DNA of 63,814 nucleotides, counting the filler, from Licmophora abbreviata (lineage: Eukaryota), in NCBI GenBank assembly GCA_900291995.1. It is 16 parts of 16 records of this genome, joined end to end, with 100 filler letters (N's around TTAATTAATTAA, not from the genome) between each part and the next. Parts side by side here need not be neighbours in the genome. Positions count along the whole stretch, not along the records: positions 1 to 17,939 come from OLMU01005303.1; positions 18,040 to 25,863 come from OLMU01005307.1; 14 more parts are not named here. One strand, 5' to 3'. Positions within the stretch are counted from its first letter, which is position 1. Each line of letters opens with the position of its first letter. Shown here piece by piece: positions 10,797 through 22,968 of the stretch. A model generated the notes under the pieces. That model was not told the DNA's origin, searched no databases, and saw only the letters and a program-made list of their open reading frames with translations. Position numbers and translations under genes: made by a program.

Positions 10797-13007
10797 ATGC
10801 GCAAAACTCAACCACAAACTTCGACCAGCAGCGGAGTGATGCCGTCAAGGACCAAAAAATCAACGCTCTTGCAACGCTTTCGTCGAACGAGAGAATCCTC
10901 CTCTCAGAATCATGCTCGGCAAGAACAAACACCAAAAACTACTGCATGTAGTAGCATCGAGGGAAAGAGAGAACGTACGAGTCGCAGCACATCAGTCAAC
11001 AACACTGCCGTGATGGAGGGCAGCAGGGGGGAAGTCAGGGACGGGCCCCTGCAGCAACAGCAGCAGTCTCTGGAACATACTATACCACTCGAATCATCGC
11101 CACCGTCACACACCATGCTGTCACGAACGAGTAGCGCCTTGCAACGACTCGCTGTACTGACAACATCCTATGAACGGACGGGGGACTCAGGACCGAGCCA
11201 TAGTCGTAGTACAAGGATGAACGACCCTGCAGACCAAGCGCTCCTCGACACGGCGCCCTGCTCTGCCGCCTCGTCTTCGTCTTCGAACGATAGATCGGAC
11301 AGTACTATTGCAATTCAACAAGCGCCTGGTTGTGTAGCAGCTTCTTCTTCGTCTTCTTGCCACGCGTTCAATTCCTATTTGTTCTGTGGCGGAGGCGTGT
11401 CTGCTTACGATCTCGTGGAAGAGGAGACTTCCAAAATAAGACCCGCGCACTCCTTTCCCCACTTGCCGGATGATCCTACGGTTCAAGAGTCGATTGAATG
11501 TGTCTTTGCGCATCAATTGGAGGATGCTGTACTAGCGGAGGCCTTGGTGTCGTCGTCGTCATTATCACGTACGCAAGAGAAAGAGGACAATGCGAAGCGA
11601 CGAACAAAGATTGACAACAATGTAGCTACAGACTCTTTGGTATCGCCTGCAGGACTCTTGCAGTCCAAAGTGCAAAGTCGATCCATCCAGAACGGGGGAA
11701 TCTTGTCGCAACGACCGAACGACAATCATCATTTGGCAACACAAAAAGCAACGCTTGTTGCGGGGCAATTAGTCCACGTCGGCACGTACGATCCATCTCT
11801 GGGCAAGCTCGTTTCACCGAAATCTTCATCTGCACCGCACATCCTGTCGCCCAAGACTTCTACAAAGCAACGTAGTCATCGCGAATCCATTCATTATTCC
11901 GTCATGTGTCAGCACTGTCAGGATCGTCGGTCGGCGCCTGCCGTGCCGGTCGATGATTGGGCGCAAAGGCCCTTGATGCTGCGGGTGACACCACACAGTG
12001 GAATGCGTGTCTTGGCTGTACGGTATAGCAGCAGTAACAGTGAGAATGTATTGTGGAAGCCGGGAGATGAAATTGATTGGTCGAGGCGGTTGAAACAAGA
12101 CTGGGGGGCGATGGCGGAGCAACCGAAAGCTTGTGACGGTAGTAGTCAGCATGGACTCTTGCAAGGAACATGTCCCGAGTGTTTGAGTTTACCGATCAAC
12201 AATGGCAACGAGGCTCCTGGCAAGTCGCTCGTGGTAGACTTTGAGAGCGAACTCTTTGTGGGCACTATACTGGTACGCATTCGACACGCGGAAGGAACAA
12301 CACCCGAACCCTACAATGACAAGAAAGGATACTTTGCCGGTATGAATCGTCGTTATCAAATCGTCATGCGAGGTCGATTCCGAGAGGCCGTCCCGTGGAC
12401 GCAGTGCGTGGCGGGGATGGAGTTTCAGCGCGCCTATGGCAAGCTGCCGCCCAAGTGGATTTTGAAAGGTGCGCTCAAGGTGTTGAGTTTTTTTGCACCG
12501 CAGCTGCAAGCGCAATTTGAGGGGGACAAGCCGAGGAGTTTGACGCCTCTGGGCAGTACTCCTCAAATGTTGCGTGTACAAGATGGCGATGATGATAACG
12601 TGCAGGCGGATAGTTCCATGGAAGAGAAACAAGAAGAACCGACCGTTGCTGCGTTGACGTTGCTGGGAGAAGCGTCGGATGGAACGTCGTCGATGCACCG
12701 TGCGCGCTTTCGCAAGCGCAACTTTGACAAGCTCTACGTGAAGCAGTCTCATTTACCGCTTACCGATCCCAACAAGGTGTACACGTTTGAGTTCTTACAA
12801 CACTTGATCAATCTGCAAGAGTTTACTATCGAGGTGGGAAGTATGTTTGGAAACATTCATCTGGAGGACGCCTTGGACGGACAACCGATTCAGATTATGG
12901 CCAAGTGTATGGACGGAAGGAAATTGTGGTCTTTCGATCTATGGCATGAGTGCTTGGTAAAGGACGCCTTGCGACACGACGAACCGATGTCAGGAGTGCT
13001 ACAATGA
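10797..13007 (+). CDS. DUF1769-like domain protein with long disordered N-terminus
   Basis: C-terminal FESELFVGTILVRIR...YFAGMNRRYQIVMRGRF...KVYTFEF pattern typical of DUF1769. 736-aa ORF. Confidence 0.75.
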   Translation: MRKTQPQTSTSSGVMPSRTKKSTLLQRFRRTRESSSQNHARQEQTPKTTACSSIEGKRERTSRSTSVNNTAVMEGSRGEVRDGPLQQQQQSLEHTIPLESSPPSHTMLSRTSSALQRLAVLTTSYERTGDSGPSHSRSTRMNDPADQALLDTAPCSAASSSSSNDRSDSTIAIQQAPGCVAASSSSSCHAFNSYLFCGGGVSAYDLVEEETSKIRPAHSFPHLPDDPTVQESIECVFAHQLEDAVLAEALVSSSSLSRTQEKEDNAKRRTKIDNNVATDSLVSPAGLLQSKVQSRSIQNGGILSQRPNDNHHLATQKATLVAGQLVHVGTYDPSLGKLVSPKSSSAPHILSPKTSTKQRSHRESIHYSVMCQHCQDRRSAPAVPVDDWAQRPLMLRVTPHSGMRVLAVRYSSSNSENVLWKPGDEIDWSRRLKQDWGAMAEQPKACDGSSQHGLLQGTCPECLSLPINNGNEAPGKSLVVDFESELFVGTILVRIRHAEGTTPEPYNDKKGYFAGMNRRYQIVMRGRFREAVPWTQCVAGMEFQRAYGKLPPKWILKGALKVLSFFAPQLQAQFEGDKPRSLTPLGSTPQMLRVQDGDDDNVQADSSMEEKQEEPTVAALTLLGEASDGTSSMHRARFRKRNFDKLYVKQSHLPLTDPNKVYTFEFLQHLINLQEFTIEVGSMFGNIHLEDALDGQPIQIMAKCMDGRKLWSFDLWHECLVKDALRHDEPMSGVLQ

Positions 13008-13428
13008 TACAATATGAATACAATATGACTTGGTAACGTTGTGAATACTTATTAATATGTTGGTGATTTGAGTGACCCCCATCGCTTTTGTCGTATCATA
13101 CCCTTGATTGCAGCCAAAGCCACGGTGTAGACTAGTCTAGAAGGCTCTAGATTGCATAGACTATCGGTATGTCCCGTTGCCCCTGGAGCCGCCGGTCAGG
13201 CGGTGGCGCGCCGCGCGGATGCTGTGTGCACTGTGATCGCATGACGGATGCTCGTCGTCGACTACCGTCATCGACCATGAGCATGAGAGGTGGAGACACT
13301 TTTGCCGCGATGCAAACACGACACAGAGTGCAAGCTACAAGGTGGAATCTCCGTGCGATTTCAACACGTTCGCTGACTGCACCCCACTCTATAGCAGGGA
13401 TCTCCATCAGCAAACAGAAGAAAACAAT

Positions 13429-14511
13429 ATGTCCTCCTCATCCAGCATCCCCGTCGTGACATCACTTTTCACTTCGATTCCCAACATTGCCGAGGCGCTC
13501 CTTCAAAAAGCATCACCCGCGTCTCTACCGCTTACTCTGCAAGTCCTGGACGACCCCGCCCTCTCAGGCTATGGTGGGACTGTCGAATTCGATCCCACAA
13601 AACTATCCACGGCTACCCAAGCCGCTCTGAGCAAGGCCGAAATTTTGATTACCGAACCGGACGTTGTGGCGAAACTCCTTCAACACAACGCACAGGCGCT
13701 GTCCAGTCTCCAGTGGTGTCAGTCGACCTATGCCGGAGTCGACCCTCTGTTCAAAGCTGTGCAAGACATCGATGACTGGCCGCCTTCCTTTCGATTGACA
13801 CGATTTGCCGGTAAATTTGGAGCACCCATTGCCGAGTGGTGTCTGGCGAGGATCATTGGACACGAGCGCAAGTTTAGTCTAACGGCACTGGATCAAGCGA
13901 GCAAGGGGTGGGCAAGGTCGAGGCAAACTACATCCTATAGGTATTTGTCGGATCTCACTCTCACCATTTTGGGAGGAAGCGGAGATATCGGTGGTTGCAT
14001 AGGACGCACAGCGAAGACAGCATTTGGCATGCGCGTGGTGGGCTATGGCAAGACACCTCGTGAGGATAACGACAGCATTCCAGGACTCGATCAATACACA
14101 ACTGACTTGTCAAGAGCTCTCAGTCAAGCAGATTATGTCATTTCGGTTTTGCCTTCGACGCCAGGTACAAAAGGAATGCTGCAGGGAGACGCGCTTGCTC
14201 CTGCTGGAAGAAGCAACGGAGGAAAGAGTCCTGTCTTTCTCAATGTAGGACGAGGAGACGTCATCGACGAGACGTCGCTGATTCGAGCCCTGGATATGGA
14301 TTACATTTCAGCAGCTATACTGGATGTCTTTGAACAAGAACCGCTGCCGGTCGAAAGCCCCCTGTGGCAGCATCCCAATGTAGTCGTGTCTCCGCACGTG
14401 AGCGGAGTCACCAGGACGGAGGATGTTCCAGACGTCTTTCTAGAAAACTATCGGCGTTATTTGGAGGGAAAAGACTTGCTGTACCAAGTAGACTGGTCCA
14501 AGGGGTACTAA
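13429..14511 (+). CDS. D-isomer-specific 2-hydroxyacid dehydrogenase (GhrA/glyoxylate-hydroxypyruvate reductase-like)
   Basis: QSTYAGVD, Rossmann ILGGSGDIG, LPSTPGT, FLNVGRG, LDVFEQEPLP, SPHVSG. Confidence 0.92.
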   Translation: MSSSSSIPVVTSLFTSIPNIAEALLQKASPASLPLTLQVLDDPALSGYGGTVEFDPTKLSTATQAALSKAEILITEPDVVAKLLQHNAQALSSLQWCQSTYAGVDPLFKAVQDIDDWPPSFRLTRFAGKFGAPIAEWCLARIIGHERKFSLTALDQASKGWARSRQTTSYRYLSDLTLTILGGSGDIGGCIGRTAKTAFGMRVVGYGKTPREDNDSIPGLDQYTTDLSRALSQADYVISVLPSTPGTKGMLQGDALAPAGRSNGGKSPVFLNVGRGDVIDETSLIRALDMDYISAAILDVFEQEPLPVESPLWQHPNVVVSPHVSGVTRTEDVPDVFLENYRRYLEGKDLLYQVDWSKGY

Positions 14512-14544
14512 TCATTAGTAAAATTATGCATTACATCTTGGCGT

Positions 14545-15339
14545 CTATGTCATCACATCCGTCGTATCATGTTGTTGGCGATTGTGTGGAGCACCACGAC
14601 GGATCGGCGACTGCAATCCCATGCGTACCGCAGCACAAAGATCGGTCAGAATATGGAGACCACATACACATACAATGCTTCCTGTCTTCACATACACGTA
14701 CATCCAAGAGGCGCTCATGAGAATCAACTCGGGCAGTCCCTGTTTGTGAAAGGGGGGAGCGTCGTCCCTTACATGCCTCGGAAAGGCATGAGGCAACCAG
14801 AAAAAGACATGAATGCCTGCTGCGTATATACAAAAGGTAAAGAAGCCCATTGTCATTCGAGTGAAGGAGTTCACATTCCATGGAAGCAGTCGTAGTAGAG
14901 ATATTTGTCCCATGTCAAAGGCCGCCAAGAACAGTATTGTTTCACAGATACCATTCAGAACTGCAAATACGAGCACAGCCCCAAGATTGCCTCGTCGTGG
15001 GCGTCGACCAAAGGAACTCGTTCGAGACAAGAGTCGCGGCTGAACAAGGATTGTAACCAGCAAGGCAAGTAATAAGAGTACATGCGAACTGTGGAGTGTC
15101 GCCGTTTCAGTCTGTATTGGTACCAAGGTCAAGTCGACGTATCCCGCCAGTACTCCCACAGTCATTCCGACAGACCAGTAGAGACACATGAATTGCCATC
15201 CCTTACGGTGATTGTGCTGCCAGACTTCTTTTCGTTTTGTGCTGCTATTCATTGCTCTGGGAGATAACAGTATGGATGCTTGGTTGGTCAGTTGTGGTTG
15301 GTGCAGGAAGATTGATTCGGTATGTTCAATGTACATCAT
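14545..15339 (-). CDS. Multi-pass membrane protein, CPBP/CAAX-protease (Abi)-like
   Basis: Hydrophobic helices with NGICETILF, AAGIH and KTGSIVCVCGLHILTD resembling CPBP motifs 1, 2 and 4. Start at 15339 or 15252. Confidence 0.55.
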   Translation of the reverse strand: MMYIEHTESIFLHQPQLTNQASILLSPRAMNSSTKRKEVWQHNHRKGWQFMCLYWSVGMTVGVLAGYVDLTLVPIQTETATLHSSHVLLLLALLVTILVQPRLLSRTSSFGRRPRRGNLGAVLVFAVLNGICETILFLAAFDMGQISLLRLLPWNVNSFTRMTMGFFTFCIYAAGIHVFFWLPHAFPRHVRDDAPPFHKQGLPELILMSASWMYVYVKTGSIVCVCGLHILTDLCAAVRMGLQSPIRRGAPHNRQQHDTTDVMT

Positions 15340-15585
15340 TTCCTCGTTGTCAGAGTGTTCTCGTCGTCTCGATTTGCGCAAACGGGACTCGTAGCATAAA
15401 CAGTCGTGAGTATCTGTGTCATGATATTTTCGAGCTGAGTCGAGTCAGTCATTATTTGCCGCCGCTGGGTCATCGCGAAAAAGACACCACACAAAGTTGG
15501 TCACAAAATCACGTCTTGTCGTAATAATGACCATGACGAGGATGCACACACCGCTTCTTCCTAACTTTGCTTGACCCAAGTCATC

Positions 15586-17939
15586 ATGGAGGCCGCCTCG
15601 TCGACGAATGTGACTGCCTTAACTCTTCCTCTACTCTGGAGATCCCTGGTGGTCGTATTGGGACTCTTGTTTGCCCTTCCAGCGTCATTTTCGTACTTTA
15701 CAATTCACTTTACTCTAAGCCACCAGAATGTCTGTCATGTCTCTTATTCTGCTGTGACGACGGCATCCAGCTCCATAACTTCTTCTTCTTCCATTGACTC
15801 ATCAGCAGCAGCAGGAACCTATGTTCCATTGGACTATGCCAGCTACTATTGGGCAAAGGTTCCTTATAGCATACGGCCACTCCTTCTTCGAGCTTCCGCC
15901 TGGTCCATTACGACTCTGGCCGCGACCGTTTTGTCTCCCATGACGCGACACGACCGAGAAGCAAGCTTTCGACGAGAGAGACAGACAAGTGAAATTGGTA
16001 GTATTGGCAGCGACAGTTCTGCCTGTCATGATACAATGGGATCAGTCTCATACTGCGAGTATTGCAGACCGGTCCTCTCAGAAACGACAAGGCATGATGC
16101 ACAATTACTATGCCGCCGAGATTCCATCTTCTTCACCGATGGACCAGTCGCACGCCAATCGATGGTGCTTGATTCCAGGACAAGACGAGCGAGTCTACAA
16201 GAACGAGAACAAGTCACCGCCGAACAATAGTAGGAACGACGAAGCAACGGCCGACATGGCACAATCCGTCTTTGGACCTGGTGGGAGTATGATGCAGGAG
16301 CTTGCTGCTAGCAAGGAGGCACAGAAGAAGAAGCATCAACAACAACTTCAGAACCATGATACTACTACAGGCGATTCATCGTCACACTACGAAAAGCATC
16401 AGCCGCAATGGCGCATTTGCGGTCCACTCCAGCCAAGCATCATGACCAACTATGACCAGCCGCCCTACTTTGTCGAATTGCCATTGCAGCCTCCTCAATC
16501 GGGACAGTGGCATGCAATGATGTTGGACACGACCGACGAGAACTTTACTGACGATGAAGATTTCGAAAATCCCAGTGGTCAACGCATGTACAGCAATAAC
16601 ATGGTCGACTCTGCTTACAGTGCGTCTATCCAGCATTTCTCCCAGCAGCATGATGTACAAGTTCAATGTCACATGTCACCACAAGCTTTACCGCATCTGG
16701 CAAAGGGACAACTGGGATATAATCAGCAGCAAGACAATGGGGGCGGAGATCCATCACGAGACGTGAAAAATCTATGGTGGGAACGAGCAGAAGTACTTGG
16801 GACCGACTGGAATCCATTGCGCTTGCCTTCGACTGCCTTGATCATGGTGTGGGTGGGATTGTCGTACGCTTGCCGAGTAGGTTTGGGGCAGCGGACTACT
16901 CATATGCAGGGTCACAGTTGGAATCTCGTTGAGGCAATTCGACAGCATGTACAACATGATTCATTCCCGTCTCTACTATGGACAGTGTTTTGGTTATATA
17001 TTTTAGGTGGGGGACTGGAAACGACATTGGGATCCATAACATATTTGGCCGTTCACGCAACGCTTGTCGTGTGGTTGGCCGTGTGGAGTCAGGGACGCGC
17101 CCGCAACTACATGTGGACTTTGTTTGCCCTGGGAGTACTCTTGTCACAAGTGCGTCCTCGCCTCTTCGTGGGCCCTGTGGAGATTATGTCCTTGTCGATT
17201 GGATTCGTGTCCATGAATGGGATGCCATGGGTGATCTGGGCTGGTTCGAGCATTCTTACTCACAAGCCTCGACGGAAACCGCGACGACGACGATCGAAGC
17301 GAAAGGGCAGGGACTCGTCGTCGAGGACGAACGGCTCTGTGGATTCTAGCTCTCAACAACAGGAACAAGAGGAGCCCCCCGACAATGATATCTGGAAGTA
17401 CTGTCTCGCAGCCAGTCTGGTCCTTGGTTGGATCCTCTCGAATCGGCTAGCGCTCGAGGTGCTGGCGTCTCCGCAATGGACGATACCATCTGTGCTAGCC
17501 GCTCACTTGTGGTGGTTGCAACGACAGTCCGGAACATCCAAACGAGATGACTCTGAGCATCTCCGACTGCTGCATCCTGAAGTCCTTGACGGCGACGATT
17601 CTACTAGCATCTATTCAATCGATACAGAAGTCGTCGACGATTCAAGTCTTCAACTACTACGACATGAGTATCATGAGGCGCCAGAGCTAGTCGCGGGTGT
17701 CTTCCCTTCCATGTCGGAGGCTGTGCTTGCATTGATCCTCTCGTCTATGGCGTTGCTCTCAGGTGTCATGCTCGATGCTTCGCTAGCCGTCGGCCATGTC
17801 TTGGTTACGGTGTTTTATGTGGGAGCTCAGTACCATTCCAACCGCTACTACGAGGCAACACAACATGAAGACTGTTCTCACTGGTGCCTCTATCACATGG
17901 TAGGAGCGTGCGTACTAGTCGTCATCGACGTCATGACAC
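15586..17939 (+). CDS. Multi-pass membrane protein with degenerate rhomboid-like segment; frame break near 15975; runs into gap
   Basis: Two overlapping ORFs (15571-16230 and 15989-17939). HDSFPSLLWTVFWLYILGGGLETTLGSITYL resembles rhomboid TM2-TM3. Confidence 0.5.
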
Positions 17940-18039
17940 NNNNNNNNNNNNNNNNNNNNNNNNNNNNNNNNNNNNNNNNNNNNTTAATTAATTAANNNNN
18001 NNNNNNNNNNNNNNNNNNNNNNNNNNNNNNNNNNNNNNN
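17940..18039. other. Artificial contig spacer N44-TTAATTAATTAA-N44 (first of 15)
   Basis: Identical spacers at 25864, 29806, 34823, 40842, 43284, 44760, 45979, 47237, 51868, 53605, 55583, 58005, 60738 and 62632. The 12-mer gives stop codons in all six frames. Confidence 0.98.
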
Positions 18040-18108
18040 GTTTTGCTTTTGCATGTAAAAAAGAAAAAAGCTAGAATAATAAATTACAAACCGCCTGGCA
18101 TGCTTTCT

Positions 18109-19312
18109 CTACGCCCCTTCGTCATCGTCTCCTTCAGACTCAGACGTGCTGGTGGAAAAGGTAACAGTAGCCACCAAGAGATGATTCGAGTCGTCCGCAA
18201 ACGTCACACGCTTGCACGCAGTCAACTCGGGCGACACGAGTCGCATCGGAGATGACGGAGGCATGTCATCCGGAGATGAGCAGCGGCTGCGCTTGGTGGG
18301 TGGTGGTGCTGCACAGCAGTCTGACGAATCACTGTCCCAAGAACGCTTCTTAAGAATGCCGCCGGCTGTGCGGTTGTGTGGTGCCAGTGCCTTCAGGCGA
18401 TGAGTCAACTGTGCATGTAATGTTGTCGGCTTGGGAGATAGAGTGGGATGTTCGGATGGCGAGTTCATGTCCGATATCAAATGACTAAATCCGACCGCAT
18501 GCGACTTGAAGACAAAGGCAGGAGCGCCCTCGCCACCAAAACGAACCAGTGCCCCTCGGCGTACGCGATGCGGTACGACGCGTCCATTCGTTTGGCGAGT
18601 CTCTTGTATACGTACTCCATTGACATAGGTGCCATGAGCACTTCCGCAATCGACAATGTAACAGGAGCCGTTTGGGTGGTGGAACAGTAGCGCATGACGA
18701 CGAGATGAGGTGCGGTGGAGCAGTTGAAGATCAGAGGTAGGAGAACGACCAACGCGAACGAATGCTCGTTCGGTCAAGTCAACGATTGGATGAGATCCAA
18801 TGGCTTCGCAGACCGGCTGTGTGGGGAAGATAGCACGACCAAAACGCGGGAGTGAGAAAGCGAACATTTTATTTACGGGTCGCCCATGAACGAGCATCAG
18901 CACCCATCAGATGGTGCGTCGACATTATTGCCCAAGTAAGACATACCTCCAATCGCGATTCTCCCTTGGCAGGGACAGCCCACTTTGGCGGCTCAATCAT
19001 GAAAGGAGCAGCGATTCTTGTCGTGTCGGTAGTCGGCATGGTGTCGTTGTCCTCTTCCTCGTTGAATGATGTGCGATGATCGGGCCTGAGACGCTGTGGC
19101 GCGATACCATTCTTGCCTTCGCCGTCCGGATCGCTAATCACGACTTTTGATGGCGTTGAGCGTGCGTTGTGAAGCAAGGTGCGCGAGTCCTTAAGTACTG
19201 CTGACGTAGAAGGTGCAGAGAAGCCTCGAAACGACGAATGGGATGTTTGAGACCGAGCAACGCCGCCACAGAGCGAAATGTCGACTCGAATGTTACCCAG
19301 TGACAGTGGCAT
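18109..19312 (-). CDS. FHA-domain protein, NIPP1/PPP1R8-like, with RVxF motif (2 exons)
   Basis: EPPKWAVPA, FHA core VGRSPTSD..SSRRHA..IVDCGSAHGTYVNG, C-terminal KRVTF. Intron 18946-18817 (GTATGT..ACAG) is in frame. Confidence 0.85.
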
Positions 19313-20372
19313 GATGGAGAGTAGAGGGTGGGAGGTGGAGAATGAGGCGAAAGACTCAGAAAACAGTCTTGTAGTAGACAGCCAGTAGAGAGAGTACGGA
19401 GGCTGACTCAAAGCGCCAAAAGGGTTCGCGTTGGCGTAAAGGAAAGATAAAGGCACAAGCCAGAAGGCTCTTGCGTACAGCAGCACGCTATGTGACTTTC
19501 TATAGCACGAATGAAGCAACAGACACTGCGTGAGCGACGACACTCACGCCATGGTGCCACCGGTATGCCACAAACAAGAACCCATGTTCATGCGGAGAGG
19601 CCTTATACAATGTCATTCAAGACATTTTTACTTATGGCTTGACACGAAACAGAGGTCAAACCGAGGCGGCCAGCTCCTATGGACCAATCAGAAAGCCTCT
19701 CGGTGTTCGCAAAATTTGTGCCTTGTTGTTGTTGTGCCACGAGCCAAAAGCGACCAAGGCAACAAGGGCAAACGCGACGACTTTGAACGATTCTGACCAA
19801 CTCACCTTCCAATCTAGTATCTATCAACACTCTTCAGTTCATACTAACGCTTCGAGCGAGATTCAATGGGTTCCAAGGAAGAAAACAGCGACGAAAGACT
19901 TGTTCAGGAGCATGTGCACTTTCTCTTGGTGGAGATTGTGCGTGTGAGGAATTCACAGGAGTTGTCCGTACACCCTCGTACTAAATATACATACGTAATG
20001 ATCTACCACAGTTTACGGTGAATCAAGAAGGAATCTAGTCTTATGATTCCTGATTCCTACCAAACACTACGGCCCACTCCGACGACCGGACAGAGTACGG
20101 ACGATGAAAGAGTTCCAAAAACGCGAAGCGAACGACAATAGCTAACAAGCAAGCATGGACTACGGTATTCATCAGTATATGTTTCATGTACGTGGTATCT
20201 GAGAGCTCCATCTTGGTAGCCAAGAGCTAGTCTCTAACTACGATAGCAGCCCTTGCCTGGAATAATCATGATCGCTCCAAGTTTGACTGATCTCGATCCA
20301 CAAAGCACCAAGTAGACGCAGTAGACATTGGTCACCTCGGTAGACGACAGCCTTCCTGCCCAGTGTAAAGTT

Positions 20373-21457
20373 CTAAAAAATACAAGGAAAGCAGCCAGGA
20401 ATAAGGCAACACGGAGTCTTCTTCAACGGCGGCGGTGTACCACCAACATCCGTCAACGTCGGAGCATCGCGCAATGGGAGGACGTAGTTTTCGTAGTCGG
20501 GGATAAAGTAGTTCTTGATGAGATGAACAATGGGAGGCGGCATTTTGGCATAAAACTGCTCCAAGAGCTCTGGTGTACCCCACTCGCGAAGGGCTTGAAT
20601 CATGGGAGGTACTTCGATCCGCGCAAGGAGGAGTCCGCCCTTTTGGATAATCTTTTCGACCGCAGCGTTGTCTTCTTCCTGAGTAAAGTTGGCACGGAGG
20701 ATCGCAGGAATCGTAGCTTCTTCTTCTTTCAAGTGATCTGTTGATTTAGAAATGGTGTATGTAAGTTGTACCGTGTGAGCGTTTTTGTACTGAGTGCCTG
20801 ATCAACAAGAACACAACAAGACAAACACAACAAACCACGTGGCAAAACAACAACAAGATTCTTACCTTTCATTTGTTGGACAAACTTGGGCACGAGCTGT
20901 TTCATTGCCGCGATTTCCTTCGCACTGTCGCGTCCTTTCTTCCGAACAACCGTCTCCGCGTTCTCTTTCAGAGTTCCCAGCTGACCCATGAGTTCTTCAT
21001 GCGAAACCGCATACTCCTTGTCGGGAATGTCGGCTCTCGTGGCGAGCCAGGGAAAGTAGATGATTTCCTCGTTGTCATGGTGTTCATGGATGTTAATGCA
21101 GAAGTAATCCACAATCCACTTGCAAAAGTAGAGAGCCCTCCAAGCATCACCGTCTTCTTGGAGCGCATCCAAGCTCGTCTGGAGGGCCAGCATATCACGA
21201 CGAATGGGTTCGTGAGGAAACAACAGACCGATATCGGCCCAGTCTTTGGGCGGATTCTTGGAACTGTATACCTCGGAAGTGAGGTTTTCCGGCGACAACG
21301 AGCTTCTCCATGATGAGTCCCAGTAGAAGACAACAGAGGACGAGTAAGTCTGTTGTGTGAAACTAAAGAACAGAGACATTCACATAAAAGGTATCTTTTC
21401 CCGCACAGAGACGCGGGAGTGCGGTTTGGCGCGCTTCTGTGTCTCGTCGGCGGTCAT
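20373..21457 (-). CDS. Hemerythrin/HHE cation-binding domain protein
   Basis: HEPIRRD, HEHHDNEEIIYFP and SHEEL. After intron 20865-20738 the frame continues DHLKEEE. The 5' exon (ATG 21457) is tentative. Confidence 0.85.
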
Positions 21458-21631
21458 TGTGATTCTCCGAGGACTGACAGACCACTTATCCTACAATTTT
21501 GGCTTCCGCGTGGCATCATCATCCGAAATTTGGCGCGCCACAAAAGAAGAAAGGATTTACCAAAATTGAAAATGATGAAACGACCGCGACGGTCCTGAAA
21601 GAGCAGCGTCCCTGGAACAACCAACAGCGAA

Positions 21632-22968
21632 ATGGGAAAACGTAGCAGATGCATCTCTACTACTCCTAGTTCGAGTACTAGCTCGAGTCAATGGAGCTGC
21701 TACGCCTTGGTGCTACTGCTGCCTTTGCTGCTTGCTAGCAGTACGACGAGTATTTTGGTGGTGCTCGACACCGCGCGTCAGTAGTACTAGTACATGCCGC
21801 GACGACTGACCTTTCATCATCCAACACTGCACGAAGGCGACCTTCCGTTCGATGGTTTCCTCGTCCCTGGGGTAGTGATGAACGAAACAGTCGACGGAAC
21901 GGTGTGTCTCAAAACACGACAGCGGCCAACAGCACTAGTACTAGGACTACACCTGTCCCCAATTCTACTACGGCGATGCCACCAGCAGCCTTGCCCTTGT
22001 GGAAGAAGTCGCTCCCGGAACGTCTCCAGCGTCGTTCGACTCTAGAACGCATCATTATTCCCACTTCTCCATCGACTCACGTTCAGATCTACTTGCTCGG
22101 GACCTCCCATGTTTCCAATGACAGCAGTGCCGACGTGACATTGCTCCTACAGAGCGTCAAGCCAGACGTGGTCTTTGTCGAACTCTGCGAACAGCGAATC
22201 AACCTATTGACACCACCACCGACTCTGCCCGTAGTGGAAAGCAACAACAAGACCATGTCCGTTTGGAAACGCGCCAAGGAAGTGCAACAGCATTCCAACA
22301 TGTCTAGACTGTCGGCATTGTCGACGGTCCTCCTCACTAGCGTGCAAGATCAATACGCAGATTCGTTGGGGGTCGAATTGGGAAGTGAATTTCGAGTCGC
22401 GTACGATTATTGTGTTCAAAAGTCACCGATCCTCGTATTGGGCGATCGACCGTTGCAAGTGACGTTATTGAGAGCTTGGGAAGGACTGTCGTGGTGGGAG
22501 AAAATCAAAGTCTTTGTGGCCTTGTTGTGGAGCAGTCTGCAGAAACCGAATCCCGAGGAACTGCGCGAATGGATGCGGGGTATTTTGGAAAGTGAACATA
22601 ACGGCACGGACCTACTGACGGAAAGTATCCATGAATTGCGCAGGCACGTGCCGTCGTTGGAACGGACCATTATCAAGGAACGAGACTGCTACATGGCGTG
22701 CAAGTTGTATCAAATGGCAGGGATGCTACCGCGGCAGAGGAATATCACGTGTGTGGCCATTGTGGGGGCGGGACATTGTGCGGGCATGATCGAATGGATG
22801 ACGAACTCTACCAAAGCGGGTGGGAAGAGTCCGTCGGAGTTGCTATGGGAGGTTGTGAAGACGAACAAGTTTCGGGGCGAGGATGTGGCGTCGCTGACGA
22901 CTCATGTCATCGAATTACCAATGACGGTGGTATCAGAAGATGAAGAAGAAGGCAGGGTGGTATACTGA
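21632..22968 (+). CDS. TraB/PrgY-family (TRABD-like) protein
   Basis: YLLGTSHVS, VKPDVVFVELC, GSEFRVA, LGDRPLQVTL, ERDCYM, VAIVGAGH. The hydrophobic leader from ATG 21632 needs a short intron (21781-21836) or a 2-nt indel to join the main frame. Confidence 0.88.

Noticed and set aside
21904..22968. TraB as evidence of a conjugative element or bacterial contamination
   Set aside because: TraB/PrgY-domain proteins are ordinary in eukaryotes, and neighbouring genes have spliceosomal introns.
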